Source: a virus (lineage: Duplodnaviria > Caudoviricetes). From it: DNA of 27,813 nucleotides. Location of the stretch: IMG/VR virus record IMGVR_UViG_3300001460_000143, positions 1-27,813 of that record. The stretch is one strand, 5' to 3'. A model generated the notes under the pieces. The model worked only from the letters and a program-made list of their open reading frames with translations, was not told the origin of the DNA and did no database searches. Shown piece by piece: positions 7,587 to 16,784 of this stretch. The first letter of the stretch is position 1. Every line of letters begins with the position of its first letter. Position numbers and translations under genes: made by a program.

Positions 7587-9112
7587 TAGTATGGATCCTC
7601 TTCTTTAAAATCTTTTTCACTTACTTTGTATTCTGTTTCTAAAATATCATTGGGTATCTTCCATACATGTTCTGATTTATTAATAACTTTTAACTTAGCT
7701 GTTTTACCACCAAACTCTGAAAACAATTTATATTGATGAGAGTCTGAGATTTTATTAAATCTTTTAGCTTTTAAAAAATCTCGAAAGACTTGTGGTTTAA
7801 AAAAGAAAGCATCTTCTACTTCAAATACCTGACCTAATAAAACATCCTGTCTATCTTTTGCGCCTTTATTATTTTCTATAAATATTTGCAGTTGACTTAA
7901 AAACTGTCCTTTTTGAGATACCTCTCCTGGTAACTGTATAAAATCACCTAGCCCCATATTTTTTAATAAGCCGTCTACCATGTCTGCCCAAACAGCAGGA
8001 GCTACTGGTCTAGGACTGATATCTGCTTGTGCAATACAAGCTTTTCTATACTCGGCATGACTAGATAATTGATCAACACTAAGTATTATAACTTTACCAT
8101 TATGTGTTAATTCATACATAGGGTTATCTGAAACCCACTTCTTTAAACTTGTAATGTCATCTTTACCAGCGTTGCCTACACCAAACTTTTGTGACTGACA
8201 TCTAATCTTTTCACAAACAGATTTAAAAGTAGGTTCTTCACATCTATAAAAATATTTACTGTCTTGAACTTGTTTAAATATAGTTTGCACTTCTCTACTA
8301 GGAAGAGGTGGTTTAAAATATTTACGATTATATTCATCTAACTTATCTTCTAATTCATTAGGAAATCTATTTCTTAAATAAATACCCATTTGAAACAAAG
8401 ACATGTTCCGTGATCCTTCGCTAAAGCCTTGTTCAGCAAGAGTCAATAAACAAGGCGGCGCACCTTTAAAATCGTCTTTATTATTTTGACTTACAGGTTT
8501 TTCTACTTTTATCTCACGAATACTATCAATAACTTTACTATCATAAAAATCACAAAACTCTTTAAGTTCTATTAATGATTCTCCGTTATCATTAAAAGCG
8601 TAACGTGTAGGGTATTCTGGATGATTGTAAGGCAGATTTAAAAAGTTACCTGTGCCTTTAGAATTTAATTCTATTTGTTTAGGAAATACTTCACATCCTC
8701 CATGACCTAGCCAAGCTGCTATTTCTGTAAGTTTCATCTGCATGTCTTTTGCAGACGCAGGTTCTTTGACAAATAAAAATATATGTGCTCCACCACTTTT
8801 TGATTTACAAACAATCAAAGGCAAGCTCTTTGTTTTTATTTTATCAATTAAATTTTTATGATTGAGTCCATCGTAAGAATCTATATCTATGGCTCCCCAT
8901 GTACATGTGTTATCATCTCTAATAGGTATTATACCTAAACTAGGTTCTCTACCTTCAAGATGGTCAATCCATTTTTGTTTTGTTAAATCTTCTTTTTCAA
9001 TCCAGGATTTAGCTTCTAGCTTACCTGATTCATTCTTTGAACGACTTTGTGTTTGACCATAGGCCCTGTCCAAACCACTAAATATTTGTATAAATTTTTC
9101 TTTATCGTCCAT
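7586..9112 (-). CDS. Archaeo-eukaryotic primase (AEP) with PriCT-like domain
   Basis: WGAIDID (DxD), SKSGGAH, FPKQ...GNFLNLPY, then PPCL...GSRN...PPL...EV PriCT-1 pattern; no Walker A helicase domain seen. Confidence 0.8.
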   Translation of the reverse strand: MDDKEKFIQIFSGLDRAYGQTQSRSKNESGKLEAKSWIEKEDLTKQKWIDHLEGREPSLGIIPIRDDNTCTWGAIDIDSYDGLNHKNLIDKIKTKSLPLIVCKSKSGGAHIFLFVKEPASAKDMQMKLTEIAAWLGHGGCEVFPKQIELNSKGTGNFLNLPYNHPEYPTRYAFNDNGESLIELKEFCDFYDSKVIDSIREIKVEKPVSQNNKDDFKGAPPCLLTLAEQGFSEGSRNMSLFQMGIYLRNRFPNELEDKLDEYNRKYFKPPLPSREVQTIFKQVQDSKYFYRCEEPTFKSVCEKIRCQSQKFGVGNAGKDDITSLKKWVSDNPMYELTHNGKVIILSVDQLSSHAEYRKACIAQADISPRPVAPAVWADMVDGLLKNMGLGDFIQLPGEVSQKGQFLSQLQIFIENNKGAKDRQDVLLGQVFEVEDAFFFKPQVFRDFLKAKRFNKISDSHQYKLFSEFGGKTAKLKVINKSEHVWKIPNDILETEYKVSEKDFKEEDPY

Positions 9113-9137
9113 TTAATTCTCTTTCTCATTCGTTTTT

Positions 9138-9163
9138 GAAATGGTGGTAAAAACCACCATTTC
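9138..9163. other. Perfect intergenic hairpin
   Basis: GAAATGGTGGT-AAAA-ACCACCATTTC, 11-bp stem with 4-nt loop, between the SSB-like and primase genes. Confidence 0.8.
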
Positions 9164-9181
9164 GCTAGTTATTATTTTTAA

Positions 9182-9961
9182 TTAATAAGGAGTCTGTTCA
9201 TCATCCATACTCTCCTCTTCATGTTTAACTTTTACTTCACCCTTGTCAACACTTTCTGCAAAGTTTTTTGCAGTTACGTATAACTCTTGTGATTCTATAG
9301 GACCAACTCGGTTGACTTCCCAACCAAACCAAGTTCCTTGATCGTTAGAATCAGCAAAAGAGGTTAATTTATAAACATGAGAGTAAGATGGTGGATTAAA
9401 CATACCATTTTTGCCTTTTAACTTAAGTCCAAGCATCAAAGAATTCCATCTTTTGGATATTTTTCTTTGTGTTCTACTCATAGCTATCAAAGCTTGATCG
9501 TATGTTCCGTCTTTATTTAATATTAAAACAAAGTGATTAGCAGTATCTTCAATATAGTTACCATTGTTTAATCTATCTTTATTTTGATCATCTCTTGTTG
9601 TTTGACTTAGTATGTTACTACTAATTGTATGAAAATTTACAGGTGCTCCTGTTCCTTTTCCTCTGTCCATCCACTCTATAAGTTCACGTTTGTATGCGCA
9701 GGGAACTACTTGTAGTCCTTGCTCACCATCATACAATTGTTTTGTGAGAGTGTTAAACATCATACCCGATTCCGCACCCTCAATATACTTGGCGTGTCTT
9801 TTTTTTACTTCATCATTAGTGTCTTGAAGAATCCGTAAAAAAGGAATGGATAGATCGTCAGCGCCTAAGTTATTTAGACCCTTTCCAGCATCTTCTTCAA
9901 AAAGACCTGGATCAAAAGTGACAATGTTTGTCTCTTCTTTTTTCTTGACTGCGTTTGCCAT
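9182..9961 (-). CDS. Putative single-stranded DNA-binding protein
   Basis: 259 aa in replication operon; DL.IP.L.ILQ start, N..G.W.GW end, acidic tail ending DDEQTPY; AGGAG Shine-Dalgarno. Confidence 0.65.
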   Translation of the reverse strand: MANAVKKKEETNIVTFDPGLFEEDAGKGLNNLGADDLSIPFLRILQDTNDEVKKRHAKYIEGAESGMMFNTLTKQLYDGEQGLQVVPCAYKRELIEWMDRGKGTGAPVNFHTISSNILSQTTRDDQNKDRLNNGNYIEDTANHFVLILNKDGTYDQALIAMSRTQRKISKRWNSLMLGLKLKGKNGMFNPPSYSHVYKLTSFADSNDQGTWFGWEVNRVGPIESQELYVTAKNFAESVDKGEVKVKHEEESMDDEQTPY

Positions 9962-9971
9962 TTGTTCTCCT

Positions 9972-10529
9972 TTATGTTTTTCTTGTTATTTTAGTCTTCT
10001 GTCCGATGAACAAATTAAATTTATTGTCCGGGATAGATTTTCCTTCTTCGTGCCACTTTTTTATAGTAGCCTTCAGTGTTGAAGGATGCACTGAAACTTT
10101 TACCTCAGGGATAAGACCCATTTCTTTTATGGACTCTTCTAAATGTTTGGCTTTGTTGCCTTCTCCCTTACCGAAACTTATACCGACACTATTTTTTATA
10201 ATGTCTCCTAAACCATTATTCTGTAACCACTCAAAACATTCTTGTGATTTACTAGGTTCTTTTGGAATTGATACATAAATATCTTCAACTACTTTTACTT
10301 TCGATCCGTCAAACATTTCTGTTGCAGTTAGTCCAAGTTCAGCCATGGCTGTTGGAATAGTTTCACCTGAAAGTTTTCTTAAATTTTCTTTTTGCATCTT
10401 TAGTGTATCTTCTAAAGATTCTATTAATTCTTCTAATTTTAATTGTTCTTGTAATAAAGTTGATATGCTTTTTAAATCTTCTTGTTTTATATCAGTAATC
10501 GCGTCTTGTTCAAAGTTTATCGGACTCAT
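9972..10529 (-). CDS. Conserved phage replication-module protein (coiled coil plus beta domain)
   Basis: IP.AM.E.G, F.WL..NG.GDIIK, VHPSTLKA motifs typical of the gene preceding SSB in polA phages; probable ATG at 10529 after AGGTG (ORF track starts at 10553). Confidence 0.7.
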   Translation of the reverse strand: MSPINFEQDAITDIKQEDLKSISTLLQEQLKLEELIESLEDTLKMQKENLRKLSGETIPTAMAELGLTATEMFDGSKVKVVEDIYVSIPKEPSKSQECFEWLQNNGLGDIIKNSVGISFGKGEGNKAKHLEESIKEMGLIPEVKVSVHPSTLKATIKKWHEEGKSIPDNKFNLFIGQKTKITRKT

Positions 10530-10863
10530 CAATTTCACCTTTCTCGTTAACATTAATACTCACAGGATAATATCGTCTTTCTTTTTTATCCCATTTAAGT
10601 ATTTTAAATCTACCTCTGTTTACATCCGCTGCTATACAACATGCAATACCCATCGCAGCAGGATCTCCCATCATAAGAAGATAATCTTCATCACAAAAAT
10701 CTTTTAGTTTTCTTCTTAATTTTCTAATGGCAGGTTGTGGACTAAACATAATTTGTTGTCCACTATCAAATAAAATCTCAATGTCTCCGTACTCACCAGC
10801 ACTTAAAACATTTACATATGGATTTTCTTGTACCAAATAAACTTTAGATTTTTTCTGTATCAT
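10510..10863 (-). CDS. Conserved hypothetical alpha/beta protein, first gene of replication operon
   Basis: 117 aa; DYLL..GDP, LKWD...YY motifs; AGAAAG upstream. Confidence 0.75.
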   Translation of the reverse strand: MIQKKSKVYLVQENPYVNVLSAGEYGDIEILFDSGQQIMFSPQPAIRKLRRKLKDFCDEDYLLMMGDPAAMGIACCIAADVNRGRFKILKWDKKERRYYPVSINVNEKGEIDESDKL

Positions 10864-10938
10864 CTTTCTATTATCTTATATTTACCTCTTGATTTTTATT
10901 TTTGCAAGTATTAATATTATTTTTTTTAGAAAGTAATT
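10864..10938. promoter_or_regulatory. Divergent promoter region
   Basis: 75-nt AT-rich gap between divergent genes; plus strand TTGATT (10889)-17-TAATAT (10912); AGAAAG before both start codons. Confidence 0.55.
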
Positions 10939-12378
10939 ATGGATTATAGATTTAAAACTAAACCGTTTCAACATCAATTAGATGCATTAAATGAAAGTTG
11001 GAACAAAGAAAACTGGGCTTTGTTTATGGAAATGGGCACTGGTAAAACGAAAGTTGCCATTGATAACATGGCCATATTGTATGATAAAGGTAAGATTAAT
11101 TCTGCTCTAGTTATAGCTCCTAACGGTATTAAAAGAAACTGGAACAATGAATTAAAAACTCATTTACCTGATCATATTAATTATCGTTGTGCTGTGTGGG
11201 CTTCTTCTCCAAAGAAGAAAGATTTGTTAGATCTTGCACAAATTAGTGCCATAACAGAAGACTTAGTTATTTTAATAATGAATGTTGAAGCTTTTCAAAG
11301 TCCTAAAGGATATCAATATGCTTATAGTTTTTTACTTCGTACAGCAGGTTTTGTTTGTGTAGATGAGTCCACCACAATTAAAAATCATAATGCTAAACGA
11401 ACTAAAAATATTTTAAAATTAGCTAACGTAGCTAAGTATAAAAGAATTATGACAGGATCTCCTGTAACAAAATCCCCCTTAGATTTATTTAGTCAAATAC
11501 AGTTTCTTGATCCTTATCTTATTGAACAACAAAGTTATTATAGTTTTAGAGCTAGATATGCTGTGGTTGTTCAGAGATCCGTGGGCAGTCATTCGTTTCA
11601 ACATATTGTTAAATATCAAAGACTTGATGAGTTACAAGAAAAGATTAAATCTTTTTCTACAAGAATATTAAAATCAGAATGTTTAGATCTACCTGAAAAA
11701 CTTTACACTAAAAGAACAGTTGCTATGACACCCGAACAACTAAAAGCTTATGTAGAAATGAAAAGATCTGCTATGACTTTTTTAGATAACGATAAAATGA
11801 TGAGTGCTCCTACAGTTCTTACTCAAATTATTAGACTACATCAAATTACTTGCGGTCATTTTAAATCAGATGATGGCGAGGTAGTGTCTTTAAAAAATAA
11901 TCGTCTACAAGAACTTTTAAATGTTTTAGAAGAAACAAGTGGTAAAGTTATTATATGGGCTGTTTATAGACACGACATTCAAACAATAGAGAAAGGAATA
12001 GGTGATTTATATGGTAAAGAATCTGTTGCGTCGTATTACGGTGATACGCCAGATAGTGATCGTCAGCTTATTGTGGATAGCTTTCAAGATAACAAAAACC
12101 CTTTACGATTTTTTGTCGGAAATCCAAAGACAGGAGGCTATGGACTTACTCTTACTTCTTCTCATACTGTCGTTTATTATAGTAATGATTACAGTTTAGA
12201 AGTTCGTATGCAGTCTGAAGATAGAGCTCATCGCATAGGACAAACTAATAAGGTTACTTATGTAGATTTAATTGCAGAAGGAACTATTGATGAAAAGATT
12301 GTTAAAGCTTTAAATAATAAAATTGATTTAGCTAGTCAGGTTATGGGCGAAGATGCTCGAAAAATTATCTTTGATTAA
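10939..12378 (+). CDS. SNF2-family (superfamily 2) helicase
   Basis: MEMGTGKT, VDES, MTGSP, GGYGLTLT, QSEDRAHRIGQ. Confidence 0.95.
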   Translation: MDYRFKTKPFQHQLDALNESWNKENWALFMEMGTGKTKVAIDNMAILYDKGKINSALVIAPNGIKRNWNNELKTHLPDHINYRCAVWASSPKKKDLLDLAQISAITEDLVILIMNVEAFQSPKGYQYAYSFLLRTAGFVCVDESTTIKNHNAKRTKNILKLANVAKYKRIMTGSPVTKSPLDLFSQIQFLDPYLIEQQSYYSFRARYAVVVQRSVGSHSFQHIVKYQRLDELQEKIKSFSTRILKSECLDLPEKLYTKRTVAMTPEQLKAYVEMKRSAMTFLDNDKMMSAPTVLTQIIRLHQITCGHFKSDDGEVVSLKNNRLQELLNVLEETSGKVIIWAVYRHDIQTIEKGIGDLYGKESVASYYGDTPDSDRQLIVDSFQDNKNPLRFFVGNPKTGGYGLTLTSSHTVVYYSNDYSLEVRMQSEDRAHRIGQTNKVTYVDLIAEGTIDEKIVKALNNKIDLASQVMGEDARKIIFD

Positions 12379-12577
12379 TAATTTGTTCTAACAAAACTTC
12401 TAATCTTATAACTCTTTCTTTTATCTCAGGTATATCTTGTGTAATAGTTTTCTCAAGCATAGCTTGCTTGTTTTCAATAGCTTGAAGTTTTTGAGTCATC
12501 ATTCCATATACACTACCTGCACTAATTAGTATTATAGAAAACCATACTAGGTTACGTATACTGAAATCTTTTTCCAT
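12365..12577 (-). CDS. Small protein with N-terminal transmembrane helix and coiled coil
   Basis: LVWFSIILISAGSVYGMM then heptad region; last gene of the virion operon; possible lysis accessory (inference). Confidence 0.6.
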   Translation of the reverse strand: MEKDFSIRNLVWFSIILISAGSVYGMMTQKLQAIENKQAMLEKTITQDIPEIKERVIRLEVLLEQIINQR

Positions 12578-13941
12578 TAACCCTCCGCTATTGAATTTGC
12601 AATCATCTTAAGTTTATCATAAGTAGACATTGCCTGTCCACCCGCATTGTACCCCATCATTCCTGGAGACTTTTGTTCAAATTCTAAATTTTTCATAATT
12701 CTTTCGTCAATGTTATCACTTGCAGATAATCCGTTTTGTCCGTTCATAACAGATCTGTTTACATCACCACCATAAGCAAGTCCTGCCAATGCATTTCTTC
12801 TATTTATAAATTGACTACCTATTTTAAAACCCCCTGGAAAAGCACCTTGAGGACTGTCTTGTCCGTCACCTAATTTTAATACAGAAATTGGATCGCTATC
12901 ATAATATGTGGCTGGAGTGTCTGCAAAAGCAGCTGTATTGTAGTATTGATTAAAGTCCATAGGAGCAACATTTGAATTGCCTAAATCGTTTGGAATTTTA
13001 AGTAGAGGAAATCCTGGATTACTATTAGATGTAGTTTCACCTATTAACATAGGATTTAATTCTTCTTCATTAAAGATGTCGGGTCTATCCATCTGCATAC
13101 CTTCTTTATAATCAGTTTCAGAAACTTCTGTGCCCGGTGGTGGAGTATTAGGAAATAAAGGTCTGCCACCTATTATAGTAGGATCATAAATAGTTCCTTC
13201 AGGCACTCCCATACCAGTAGGATCTGTAGCTCCTCTATTGACATCACTTTCTACTTCTGCCATGCCGCTAGGATCTGTTGATTGAAAATTAGAAAAGTCG
13301 CCTCCACTAGGCATAGGCATAATAGATTCTATTCCTTCTTTAACTATTGGAAGAACAGGGGCTGTAACAGGATTCATTGATGGATTCATTGAACCAAATA
13401 ATTCTTTTTCTCTTTGTGAGAGAGAATTTTGTAAAGATACTAAAGGAGATTGTTGTTCTTCATTTTTTATATTTAATAACTTTTTAAAAGAATCATTTAA
13501 ATTAAATTTAGTACCTATATTGTTTATTAAAGACATAACTCCAGCACCAATACCAAAATTAGGCATTGCTCTACCCATGTCTCCTGCTAGTTGAGATAAA
13601 GTAGGAGGTCTAGCTGTAAAGAACATAGGGTCACCTTCTTTATCAAAATCACTAGGAGTAAAATCTCTTGTACCATCACCAAACGCACCGCCTGGTGTTG
13701 TTTGAGCACCTCTTCCGTAACGGACTAATGCTTTTTCTAAACTTTGTTTAGCGTTATCATAGTCACGTTTAATGTCTTTTGATGTTATTGTGTCTATGCC
13801 TCTCTTGGTTTTAATTGAATCTATTATTTGTTTATCCATCGCTTGACGTTCAAACGGACTAGTCTTTCTGTCATCTAATGTTGCTTGATTTTTAGATTCA
13901 AATGCTTTTTTATTTTTATTACCGCCAAAAAAACCAAACAT
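12577..13941 (-). CDS. Probable internal virion protein, largely disordered
   Basis: 454 aa P/G/M/D-rich, TAATG-coupled to the upstream gene; LAYGG and YNAGG near the C-terminus. Confidence 0.55.
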   Translation of the reverse strand: MFGFFGGNKNKKAFESKNQATLDDRKTSPFERQAMDKQIIDSIKTKRGIDTITSKDIKRDYDNAKQSLEKALVRYGRGAQTTPGGAFGDGTRDFTPSDFDKEGDPMFFTARPPTLSQLAGDMGRAMPNFGIGAGVMSLINNIGTKFNLNDSFKKLLNIKNEEQQSPLVSLQNSLSQREKELFGSMNPSMNPVTAPVLPIVKEGIESIMPMPSGGDFSNFQSTDPSGMAEVESDVNRGATDPTGMGVPEGTIYDPTIIGGRPLFPNTPPPGTEVSETDYKEGMQMDRPDIFNEEELNPMLIGETTSNSNPGFPLLKIPNDLGNSNVAPMDFNQYYNTAAFADTPATYYDSDPISVLKLGDGQDSPQGAFPGGFKIGSQFINRRNALAGLAYGGDVNRSVMNGQNGLSASDNIDERIMKNLEFEQKSPGMMGYNAGGQAMSTYDKLKMIANSIAEG

Positions 13942-16784
13942 TATACTACTCCTCTATCTGACCCTAGAGCTATAGCTTCGTCTAAGTCTCCACCTGCTAA
14001 AGCTATTCTTTGATCATTTGTTAAACTTGCTGCTGCTTGATTTCCCATACCGACGCCAGTATCTTGAACTACTTGATTAAAGTCAACGTTTAAGAAAGGA
14101 TCTACTTGGTTACTTGCTTGTGGTGCATCTGGTATAATTTCTTGTTGTGATGTTTCGGTATTAACATTTTCTACTACACCTTGTGCGTCCATACTAAATT
14201 CATTTTTATCTGAAGATTTACTTAATTCTACTTCACTTGCAAAACCATTATTATCTGTTCCTATAACCATTTGTTCATTGCCAGGATAACTAGAGGCTTG
14301 ATTTGTTCCAAAAATTAAAATCTTCATAACATCCATAGGATTGCCGGGATCATAATTATCTCTTATTTCTGAAGGTATATTTTTATTATCAGATACATCA
14401 TCAAAAGCCATTTGACCTAATTTAATAAGTGCTTGTCTTTTAGCTAAATCACCTAGTTCTGGATTCATGACACTTGCTACACTATCTAAAAATTTAGGGT
14501 CAGCTAACTTGCTCATACCATAACGTGCCATTAAAATAGCTCCTAAATTACCGAAAGGATCTGCAGCTACAATACCACCAAAAGCAAGATTAGTTACAGC
14601 GTTTATACCACCTAAGAAACCACGTCTTTTTACAAACTCAGAAACATTACCGAAAGAAGTTTGTTGAATTTGATCTGCTAAATCTAACACATCAACTATT
14701 TTTTTATACTGATCTTCTCCAAAAATTTCTACCATAGAAGCTTTTTTATTAACATTACTAATACCAAAAACATCTCTTAAATTATCAACATCTAGAATAG
14801 GTATATTGTATTGTGCCGTTTTTGTTCCTTTAACAATTTCTTTTCCAGAAATCAAAGAACTTATTTTTTTTCCTAAACCCACTTCGTCATTTATAACTTT
14901 TACATCACCACTAATATATTTAGTAGCTCCTCTAATTTTATCATCAAAGAAAGAACGAGCGATTGCTCTTACTGCGTCATCTCCTAAAGCCTCTTTCATC
15001 TCTTTAAGAGCTAAAGGAGCCATCATTGTTTCATCATTAAGAAGAATTTTAGTTAAAGAGTCAGGAGTATAAAAACCAGGATTTACATCATCTGTTGCTT
15101 TGGCAATATTTTTGTCTGCCATTTCAAGAATTTGTTTTGTTCTTCCCTTAAAAGTATCTTTATTTTGAAAGAAAAAATCATTAGCTAATTGCATAGCAGC
15201 GCCAAACTCTTGAACTAAACCTGCTTTTGCATTGTCATCTAAGTTTTTAAAATTTTCAAAATCATTTAAAGTTTCAATCATGGTATTTGTAAAACCATCA
15301 ACCCCTGCCATATCCGTTCCAATCGCTGCATTTTTAGATGCTGCTTTTTTCATATTATTTAACAGTTTTTGTAACTGATCAAACTCTCTAGCACTAATAA
15401 AGTCATCTTTTAAATATTGAAGATTAATTAACGAGTCTTGAAAAGCCTCAGCATCTCCTGTGAACTGTCTTAAATTTTCAGCAGCGGTTGTAATATTATA
15501 TTCACCAGGAACATTCATTTTTAAATTTTCTTTTGATCCTTTTTTACCTTGTGGTCCATACACCAAAGATTCTAGTAATTGTGCTTGTTCTTTTATTCTT
15601 TTTGTTGGAATAAATTGTTCTCCTATTTTATCTCCTAAGTCTAATGCTCTTTTATAAAGAAGAGTTTTAGTACCTGTAAAATCTTTGACTGCTGTTTTAA
15701 AAGCTTTTGTTGCTGCTAAGGAAGAATCAGAAAATAAACTAATCGGTGAAAGATTGTTTAAAGTTTTGTTTATATTTTCAGCTATGGCAACTTGTTGTAT
15801 GTTTTGCGCTTGTCTTGCTTTTGTTGCTACAAAAGGAAATAAACCTATGACTTTACCAGCTGCTTGTACCATACCACTAGGGGAAACAGAAAAAACATTC
15901 ATAGGAATATTAGCTTCTTTTGCCTTTGCAATTATTTTTTTTTGAGCGTCTCCTATTCCAAAAATAGCTTTACCCATTAATCTTTTTACGTTAGGCCAAA
16001 CAGCCTGTAAGCCCATAGCTCCACCTGAAAATAACATTTCATCCCTCATATCCATAAGATTTCTTAATTGTTCATCTTTTTTATATGCTTCATCGGGATC
16101 AGGTAGACCCATTATAATTCTTGTAGCGTCGTTAATTAAATCATAAGTAATATTTCCTGTGCCTTTTGCTGCAATATTTGCTCCTACAATAGCACTACCT
16201 CCTACAACAGGATTTGTTTTAGTCAATTGAAAAATTGTTTTAGCTAAGTTTCTGTTGCCGTTTGGAACATTGCTAGAGCCTAATTGTTGTCCTGCAAAAG
16301 CCATATCACTTCCTATTACAGCTACGTCAGAAAAAGTGCTTTTAGGATCAGAACCTACTAGTGTTTTAGCAGCAAAGTTTCCTAAACCTTGACTTATTTT
16401 TTCTGGTTCAAAAGGTTCTCCCCCAGGTAATATATCTTTTAACTCTCCAAAAGCACTTCCTAAACCAGGAGCGCCGGGTTGTCTTGCTGCCGCTGCTTTA
16501 TCTTTAAGCATTGTACCTACAGGATCTTGAATCATGTTTTCTCTTTGAGTAATTAATGCTTCTGTTTGTTTCAATTTATTTGCCATGTCTTCTGAAACAA
16601 CAGAGCCTCCTTGTACCTGCATTAGTATTTGATCAAGAGCATTTTTTTCTTTATCGTTTCTTGGAAACTGACTTGCAGGCATACCATCTATTATACTTGG
16701 AACATTTAAAGGAATAGTAGGAAGACCTTCACCAAAAGGACTTAAATCAAACTGTATTGTTTCTGATCCTATTACTTCACTCAT
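13941..16784 (-). CDS. Large internal virion / DNA ejection protein
   Basis: 947 aa, helical, A/G/K-rich with glycine-rich hydrophobic segments; position after the tail genes as in podovirus ejectosome operons. Confidence 0.6.
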   Translation of the reverse strand: MSEVIGSETIQFDLSPFGEGLPTIPLNVPSIIDGMPASQFPRNDKEKNALDQILMQVQGGSVVSEDMANKLKQTEALITQRENMIQDPVGTMLKDKAAAARQPGAPGLGSAFGELKDILPGGEPFEPEKISQGLGNFAAKTLVGSDPKSTFSDVAVIGSDMAFAGQQLGSSNVPNGNRNLAKTIFQLTKTNPVVGGSAIVGANIAAKGTGNITYDLINDATRIIMGLPDPDEAYKKDEQLRNLMDMRDEMLFSGGAMGLQAVWPNVKRLMGKAIFGIGDAQKKIIAKAKEANIPMNVFSVSPSGMVQAAGKVIGLFPFVATKARQAQNIQQVAIAENINKTLNNLSPISLFSDSSLAATKAFKTAVKDFTGTKTLLYKRALDLGDKIGEQFIPTKRIKEQAQLLESLVYGPQGKKGSKENLKMNVPGEYNITTAAENLRQFTGDAEAFQDSLINLQYLKDDFISAREFDQLQKLLNNMKKAASKNAAIGTDMAGVDGFTNTMIETLNDFENFKNLDDNAKAGLVQEFGAAMQLANDFFFQNKDTFKGRTKQILEMADKNIAKATDDVNPGFYTPDSLTKILLNDETMMAPLALKEMKEALGDDAVRAIARSFFDDKIRGATKYISGDVKVINDEVGLGKKISSLISGKEIVKGTKTAQYNIPILDVDNLRDVFGISNVNKKASMVEIFGEDQYKKIVDVLDLADQIQQTSFGNVSEFVKRRGFLGGINAVTNLAFGGIVAADPFGNLGAILMARYGMSKLADPKFLDSVASVMNPELGDLAKRQALIKLGQMAFDDVSDNKNIPSEIRDNYDPGNPMDVMKILIFGTNQASSYPGNEQMVIGTDNNGFASEVELSKSSDKNEFSMDAQGVVENVNTETSQQEIIPDAPQASNQVDPFLNVDFNQVVQDTGVGMGNQAAASLTNDQRIALAGGDLDEAIALGSDRGVV

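Noticed and set aside
9138-9163. Rho-independent terminator
   Set aside because: No U-tract directly after the stem in the transcribed direction; kept as an unexplained hairpin.
22-12199. Same-strand alternate-frame ORFs 22-315, 4747-4965, 5942-6184 and 12002-12199
   Set aside because: Largely nested in conserved genes, atypical composition, no domain signal.
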